Positions 58,593 through 64,000 of a stretch of 64,000 nt of DNA are shown here, piece by piece. The notes below the pieces were generated by a model. It saw only the letters and a program-made list of their open reading frames with translations. It was not told the DNA's origin and did not search any database. The translations under genes and the position numbers were made by a program. The stretch's first letter is position 1. Each line of letters begins with the position of its first letter. This stretch comes from Flavobacterium sp. (GTDB lineage: Bacteria; Bacteroidota; Bacteroidia; Flavobacteriales; Flavobacteriaceae), in the NCBI GenBank assembly GCA_040402815.1, contig JBBALV010000004.1:81797-145796 (forward strand), given 5' to 3'.

Positions 58593-59966
58593 ATGAAAAC
58601 AAACCCGTTTTTCCGCATCGTTTTTTTCTTAGTCATTTCTTTTTCTAATGCACAATGCTGGAAATCAGTATCGGTAGGCTATACGCATGCACTTGCTATT
58701 GGAGGCAACAATACACTTTGGGCATGGGGAAATAACAATCACGGGCAACTGGGTATCGGACCAATTGTATCAAATAAGGCGCCAGCACAAGTGGGTACTG
58801 ATTCCGATTGGAAAATGGTGTCTGCTGGGAGTGGACCTTATGCGTTTACATTAGCATTAAAAAACAATGGAACGTTGTGGGCATGGGGCAATAATACTTA
58901 TGGTCAAGTCGGTGACGGCACTTTTGTAGATAAATTGGCACCGGTTCAAGTGGGTACTGATACGGATTGGAAATCAATTTCGGCAGGCTATTCGCATGCT
59001 TTAGCAACCAAAAACAATGGTACTTTATGGTCTTGGGGCAATAGCGAATTTTATGCTTTGGGCAACACCGCAGGATACGGTGATGGCTTTAACAGAAATA
59101 TTCCCGCTCAAGTAGGCACCTTAAGCACTTGGAATATGGTTTCTGCTGGCGACAGGTATTCGCTTGCTTTGCAAACCAACGGAACCGTTTATGGTTGGGG
59201 CTATAATTCTGGCAATCCTATTGGTTTAAATTCTGGACTTTATGTTATGTCGCCTCAAATTCGTTCCTACAATAATACGGGAGTGAAGTGGATATCGGCA
59301 GGCGGAAATCACAGTTATGATGTGAAATCAGCCAACAGTTTATTGGTTACTTGGGGAAGCAATGTATATGGGCAAACGGGTGGCACAACCTGCGCGGGAT
59401 GTCCTGTATATTATGTAAAAGATATGGATTGTGGCGATGATACTTCGGCTATTATCAAAACGGACAATACTTTGTGGTACACGGGTAAAAAATTAGGTTA
59501 TCCTTCTACTTCAACGGTACAACTGACTAACAATTTTTTACAATTTGGCACAGCATCCAATTGGAAATCGGTTTCCGTTGGCAATCAGAGTGGGGCTGCA
59601 CTAACTACCAGTGGTGAGTTATGGACTTGGGGATGGAATTTTTGGGGGAATTTAGGCAATGGTACAACAGTAGATTCTATGGTGCCTATTCCCATCGCCT
59701 GTCCAATGGCTTTAAACACCACAAGCCCAACTGACATTCCAAAATGTAGTATTTATCCGAATCCAGCTACCGAAGAACTTCAAATTAGCGCTCCAGAAAA
59801 TACGAGTGTTGAACAACTTTTGGTAACGGATGTGTCGGGTAAAAAATGCCTTAACGCTACAAACACAAATAACAAACTAAACATTTCACAGCTAAAATCA
59901 GGCCTTTATTTGTTGCACATTCAACTAGAAAACACTACCGAGATTTTAAAATTTATAAAAAAATAA
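58593..59966 (+). CDS. RCC1/BLIP-II-like repeat beta-propeller protein with T9SS type A CTD
   Basis: Start moved to ATG 58593 (signal peptide; -7 element TACTTTTG at 58560-58567). Repeats W..VSAG..H.LA.K.NGTLW.WG.N..GQLG. CTD IYPNPA...TDVSGK...GLYLL...KFIKK. Confidence 0.88.
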   Translation: MKTNPFFRIVFFLVISFSNAQCWKSVSVGYTHALAIGGNNTLWAWGNNNHGQLGIGPIVSNKAPAQVGTDSDWKMVSAGSGPYAFTLALKNNGTLWAWGNNTYGQVGDGTFVDKLAPVQVGTDTDWKSISAGYSHALATKNNGTLWSWGNSEFYALGNTAGYGDGFNRNIPAQVGTLSTWNMVSAGDRYSLALQTNGTVYGWGYNSGNPIGLNSGLYVMSPQIRSYNNTGVKWISAGGNHSYDVKSANSLLVTWGSNVYGQTGGTTCAGCPVYYVKDMDCGDDTSAIIKTDNTLWYTGKKLGYPSTSTVQLTNNFLQFGTASNWKSVSVGNQSGAALTTSGELWTWGWNFWGNLGNGTTVDSMVPIPIACPMALNTTSPTDIPKCSIYPNPATEELQISAPENTSVEQLLVTDVSGKKCLNATNTNNKLNISQLKSGLYLLHIQLENTTEILKFIKK

Positions 59967-60445
59967 AGTAACAATTACTTCATCAAAATTTCAACATTTC
60001 GATCAGGCTAAAGCAAAATAAGAGCTAAATTTATGAGGCAAACCTAATTCAGTTGGACTTTTTTAATTCGATTTATAGCTCGAATATAAGGATTTTAATT
60101 TTCACAAATTTGTTATTTCAGTTCACAATAGTCTGTTATTGAAAGGTATAGTGTTACTTTAAAAATTTATTTGTAGTAAAGCAATCTAAAAACATCGCTT
60201 TTTTGTTGTTAAATGGCACTTTAAAAACCATAATTTTAAACAAGAACTTCTTGATAGCAATGATAAGAGATTTCATATACAAAGGAAACCCACATTCGAT
60301 TATCATTTGATTCTTTTGCAAAAGCAATAACCTTTTTGAACTTTAAACGATAAACCTATATTTAAAAAGTAAAAAAATAATATCTTTACAAACAAAATCT
60401 AATACGAACTTAAGTTGTGCACGTCACAACACTACATATAAAATT

Positions 60446-61807
60446 ATGGCATGTACAAGTTGTTCAACTTCTGATGGTGGTGCACCAAAAGGTTGTAAAA
60501 ATAATGGGACTTGTGGCACTGACAGCTGCAATAAATTAACGGTTTTTGACTGGCTTTCCAACATGAACTTGTCGAATGGCGAAACGCCGTTTGACTGTGT
60601 CGAAATTCGTTTTAAAAATGGCAGAAAAGAATTTTATCGCAATACCGAAAAGTTAACTTTAAGCATGGGCGACATTGTTGCCACTGAAGCATCTCCAGGA
60701 CACGATGTTGGAATTGTAACCCTTACAGGCGAATTAGTAAAAATTCAAATGAAGAAAAAAGGAGTCAATCACAATAGTAAAGATATCCCCAAAGTATATA
60801 GAAAAGCGTCTCAAAGAGATATTGATATTTGGTCGGTGGCTCGAGATAAAGAAGAACCAATGAAAGTAAAAGCCAGAGAATTGGCTATTGCTCAGCAATT
60901 AGAAATGAAAATTTCTGACGTGGAGTTTCAAGGGGATGGTTCTAAAGCTACTTTTTATTATACTGCCGAAGAACGTATTGATTTTCGTATGCTGATTAAA
61001 GATTTTGCAAAAGAATTCAGCACCAGAGTAGAAATGAAACAAGTTGGTTTCCGACAAGAAGCCGCTCGTTTGGGTGGAATTGGCTCTTGCGGGCGCGAAT
61101 TGTGTTGTTCGACTTGGCTTACTGATTTTAGAAGTGTAAATACTTCTGCAGCACGCTACCAACAATTGTCATTAAATCCCCAAAAATTAGCTGGTCAATG
61201 CGGAAAACTAAAATGCTGCTTGAATTATGAGTTGGACACTTATATGGATGCTTTGAAAGATTTTCCGGATTTTGACACGAAATTAGTTACAGAAAAAGGG
61301 GATGCTATTTGTCAAAAACAAGATATTTTTAAAGGATTAATGTGGTTTGCCTATACTAATAATTTTGCCAATTGGCATGTATTAAAAACGGAACAGGTTA
61401 GAGAAATTATTGCCGAAAATAAATTAAAAAACAAAGTGTCTTCTTTAGAAGATTTTGCACTTGAATTGGTAGCTCCGCCTGAAAAAGATTTCAACAACGC
61501 AATGGGACAAGAAAGTTTAACCCGTTTTGATCAACCAAAACGAAAAAACAAGCCCAATAAAAACCGTAAATCTGGCGGTGAAAATGTAATTGTTGCAAAT
61601 GCAAATAAACCGGTAACAGCCAATAACAATGCAATTGCCAGCAATAAAACAGTAAATAACAATCCGAATACCAACAACAACCGACCTAGTAACGGGAAAA
61701 AGAACAAGGGAAATAGAAACAATACAAATCAAAACCGACCACAAGGAGAGCGAAATACGAATGGTAACAAAATAATTCCGAATCAAAAAAATGAACCTAA
61801 GGAGTAG
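60446..61807 (+). CDS. PSP1-domain (RicT/YaaT-like) protein with Asn-rich tail
   Basis: N-terminal Cys cluster, YYTAEERIDFR, GGIGSCGRELCCSTW, GQCGKLKCCLNYE. Confidence 0.9.
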   Translation: MACTSCSTSDGGAPKGCKNNGTCGTDSCNKLTVFDWLSNMNLSNGETPFDCVEIRFKNGRKEFYRNTEKLTLSMGDIVATEASPGHDVGIVTLTGELVKIQMKKKGVNHNSKDIPKVYRKASQRDIDIWSVARDKEEPMKVKARELAIAQQLEMKISDVEFQGDGSKATFYYTAEERIDFRMLIKDFAKEFSTRVEMKQVGFRQEAARLGGIGSCGRELCCSTWLTDFRSVNTSAARYQQLSLNPQKLAGQCGKLKCCLNYELDTYMDALKDFPDFDTKLVTEKGDAICQKQDIFKGLMWFAYTNNFANWHVLKTEQVREIIAENKLKNKVSSLEDFALELVAPPEKDFNNAMGQESLTRFDQPKRKNKPNKNRKSGGENVIVANANKPVTANNNAIASNKTVNNNPNTNNNRPSNGKKNKGNRNNTNQNRPQGERNTNGNKIIPNQKNEPKE

Positions 61808-62276
61808 CATTTTCTTTATTTTGGCACTATTGCTTTTGAATTCTTGCGACAAGAAAAGAGTTTTTGATGAATATAAAACCGTTGGCAACAATTGGAAAAA
61901 AAGTGATATTGTGTCTTTTAGTTTCAAAGAATCCGACACCACAAAAGCCTATAATCTGTTTATCAATCTAAGAAATAACGATAATTATGAATTCAATAAT
62001 TTATATTTAATTGTTGCCTTAGAACAGCCCAACGGACTTGTTAAAAGAGATACATTACAATATGAAATGACCAATCCAGACGGCACATTACTTGGAAACG
62101 GTTTTTCAGACATTAAAGAAAACAAACTTTTTTATAAAGAAAAAATGCGTTTTAACAAAATCGGTACCTACAAAGTGCACATACAACATGCGGTTAGACA
62201 AACAGGAAAAGTTGTTGGCGTCGAAGCATTAGAAGGAGTAACCGAAGTTGGTTTTAGAATTGAATCATTAGAATAA
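61791..62276 (+). CDS. gldH: Gliding motility lipoprotein GldH
   Basis: Lipobox LNSC, VFDEY, LRNN..YEFNNLYLIV, DTLQYEM...G..LG.G, GVTEVGFRIE. Follows the PSP1 gene. Confidence 0.9.
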   Translation: MNLRSSIFFILALLLLNSCDKKRVFDEYKTVGNNWKKSDIVSFSFKESDTTKAYNLFINLRNNDNYEFNNLYLIVALEQPNGLVKRDTLQYEMTNPDGTLLGNGFSDIKENKLFYKEKMRFNKIGTYKVHIQHAVRQTGKVVGVEALEGVTEVGFRIESLE

Positions 62277-62280
62277 AATT

Positions 62281-64000
62281 ATGGCAATTAAAAAAAACAA
62301 GAGTACTGCTGTAAGAGACATCCCTTACTATCAAAAGAAATTTAGGAAAATTTTCTTATATACCCTAGGTGGCACGTTTGTATTTTTTCTTTTCGCATCT
62401 TGGGGCTTATTGGGTTCTATGCCTTCGTTTGAAGAATTAGAAAATCCAAATTCCAATTTGGCAACCGAAGTGATTTCTGCTGATGGAGTAACTATTGGTA
62501 AATTTTACAATGAAAACAGGACTTCTGTTAAGTACAGTGATTTGCCACAGCATTTGGTAAAAGCCCTTGTCGCAACCGAAGATGAACGTTTTTATGAACA
62601 TTCAGGAATCGATGGACGAAGAACACTTGGTGCATTTGTAAAATTAGGCACCAATGGGGGCGCAAGTACTTTGACACAACAATTGGCGAAATTATTATTT
62701 CATGGTGAAGGTTCTAAATTTTTACCTTTTAGAATCATTCAAAAAGCCAAAGAATGGATTATTGCGATAAAACTTGAAAAGCAATACACTAAAAATGAAA
62801 TCATTGCCATGTACTTTAATAAGGTTGATTTTGTTAATACTGCCGTAGGGATTCGTTCTGCTGCAAAAGTATATTTTGGTAAGGAACCCCGCAATTTAAC
62901 TATTGATGAAAGCGCAATGCTAGTTGGTATGCTAACTAACCCATCGGCATTTAACCCAGTAAGAAGACCTGAAAAAGTTCGAGTTAGACGAAATATCGTC
63001 TTAGGACAAATGGTGAGAAACGGCGTTATTACGGAATCTCAAAAGGAGCAATATGCTAAAGAACCTATCATTTTAAAATTTCAACCAGAAAGCCATCAAG
63101 ACGGAATAGCAACCTACTTTAGAGAATATATTCGTGATTTTATGAAAGGTTGGGTCAAAGACAATAAAAAACCCGATGGTTCTGATTATGACATCTACCG
63201 CGATGGATTAAAAATATATACGACTATTGATTCTAGAATGCAAACCTATGCAGAAGAAGCTGTTTCTGCCCACATGAAAAACTTACAAGAAGAATTTTCG
63301 ATACAACAAAAAACGAATAAAAATGCGCCTTTTGTAAATCTTTCGCAAATAGAAACGGATAAACTAATGGCTCGTGCCCAAAAGGCGTCTGAACGATGGA
63401 GAGTTTTAAAAGAGCAAGATAAATCAGATGAAGAAATTATAAAGTCCTTTGATTTAAAAACTAAAATGACTGTTTTTTCATGGAAGGGGGAACGTGATAC
63501 CCTTATGACGCCAAATGATTCTATTCGTTATTACAAAAACTTTCTTCAAAGCGGCGTGATGGCAATGGAACCGCAAACGGGTTTTGTAAAAGTATGGGTT
63601 GGAGGCATTCAATACAAACATTTTCAATACGATCACGTTGGGCAAGGCGCACGACAGGTAGGCTCCACTTTCAAACCAATTGTTTATGCCACTGCCATTA
63701 AAGAATTAGGGATGTCGCCATGTGATTCTATTATTGATTCCAATTTTTCTATTCCAAAAGGGCGTCACAATGTAACTGAAACTTGGACCCCAAACAATTC
63801 TAATGGAAAATATATGGGATTAGTAACCTTAAAATATGCACTTGCCAATTCTATAAATACGGTATCCGCAAAATTAATTGATCGAACAGGACCTGAAGCG
63901 GTTGTAGAGCTAGCCCATAAATTAGGCATAAAATCAGATATACCAGCACAACCATCTATTGCGCTTGGGGCAGTAGAAATCACGGTACATGATATGGTAG
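62281..64000 (+). CDS. mrcA: Class A penicillin-binding protein 1A (runs off the right edge of the window)
   Basis: Not in the ORF track. N-terminal TM helix, transglycosylase motifs ATEDERFYEHSGID and GASTLTQQLAK, transpeptidase RQVGSTFKP (SxxK) and SIN. Confidence 0.92.
   Translation, partial: MAIKKNKSTAVRDIPYYQKKFRKIFLYTLGGTFVFFLFASWGLLGSMPSFEELENPNSNLATEVISADGVTIGKFYNENRTSVKYSDLPQHLVKALVATEDERFYEHSGIDGRRTLGAFVKLGTNGGASTLTQQLAKLLFHGEGSKFLPFRIIQKAKEWIIAIKLEKQYTKNEIIAMYFNKVDFVNTAVGIRSAAKVYFGKEPRNLTIDESAMLVGMLTNPSAFNPVRRPEKVRVRRNIVLGQMVRNGVITESQKEQYAKEPIILKFQPESHQDGIATYFREYIRDFMKGWVKDNKKPDGSDYDIYRDGLKIYTTIDSRMQTYAEEAVSAHMKNLQEEFSIQQKTNKNAPFVNLSQIETDKLMARAQKASERWRVLKEQDKSDEEIIKSFDLKTKMTVFSWKGERDTLMTPNDSIRYYKNFLQSGVMAMEPQTGFVKVWVGGIQYKHFQYDHVGQGARQVGSTFKPIVYATAIKELGMSPCDSIIDSNFSIPKGRHNVTETWTPNNSNGKYMGLVTLKYALANSINTVSAKLIDRTGPEAVVELAHKLGIKSDIPAQPSIALGAVEITVHDMV

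Noticed and set aside
59967-60445. Degraded gene on the minus strand (KVIAFAKESNDNRMWVSFVYEISYHCYQEVLV...)
   Set aside because: Many stops and no recognisable motif; cannot be supported without a translated search.
61500-61790. Asn-rich low-complexity tail of the PSP1 protein as a repeat element
   Set aside because: No regular DNA period; a typical disordered tail.
753-63983. The many short (60-150 aa) ORFs in the track that overlap long genes antisense or in shifted frames
   Set aside because: They are shadows of well-supported genes with no independent motifs.

Overview
AT-rich Bacteroidota chromosome segment, most likely Flavobacterium (gldH, type A T9SS C-terminal domains, TAnnTTTG -7 promoters, yceD-rpmF-fabH-accB-accC). 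Most of the window is core housekeeping: rnr (partial), serS, rsmA, mgtE, aroA, xth, ogt, dtd, rsgA, hflX, glyS, pheS, riboflavin synthase, pdxA, fabH, accBC, gldH and PBP1A (partial). It also encodes several secreted peptidases and a 2409-aa T9SS repeat adhesin. Four regions stand out. (1) A ~3-kb integrase-less islet (55251-58054) sits between accC and a decayed, diverged second copy of the accC 3' end. It carries an EcoRI-family adenine MTase translationally coupled to a DUF262(GmrSD/SspE-like)-HNH nuclease. Its ~270-nt leader can fold into a 123-nt G:U-rich rod hairpin with a mutually exclusive alternative helix (switch-like), and this is my best candidate for an undescribed regulatory system. 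(2) A four-helix-bundle gene between rsgA and dtd is bracketed by 46-bp direct repeats (45/46 identical) built from heptamers, and similar gene-less heptamer hairpins occur in other intergenic gaps. (3) A 40-bp perfect palindrome plus 22-bp-period repeats interrupts the dead accC copy. (4) A ~740-bp very AT-rich gap next to rnr is dense in TTATnAACA-like 9-mers and is a candidate oriC. All alignments, folds and counts were done by eye, no database was searched, and family names come from remembered motifs.
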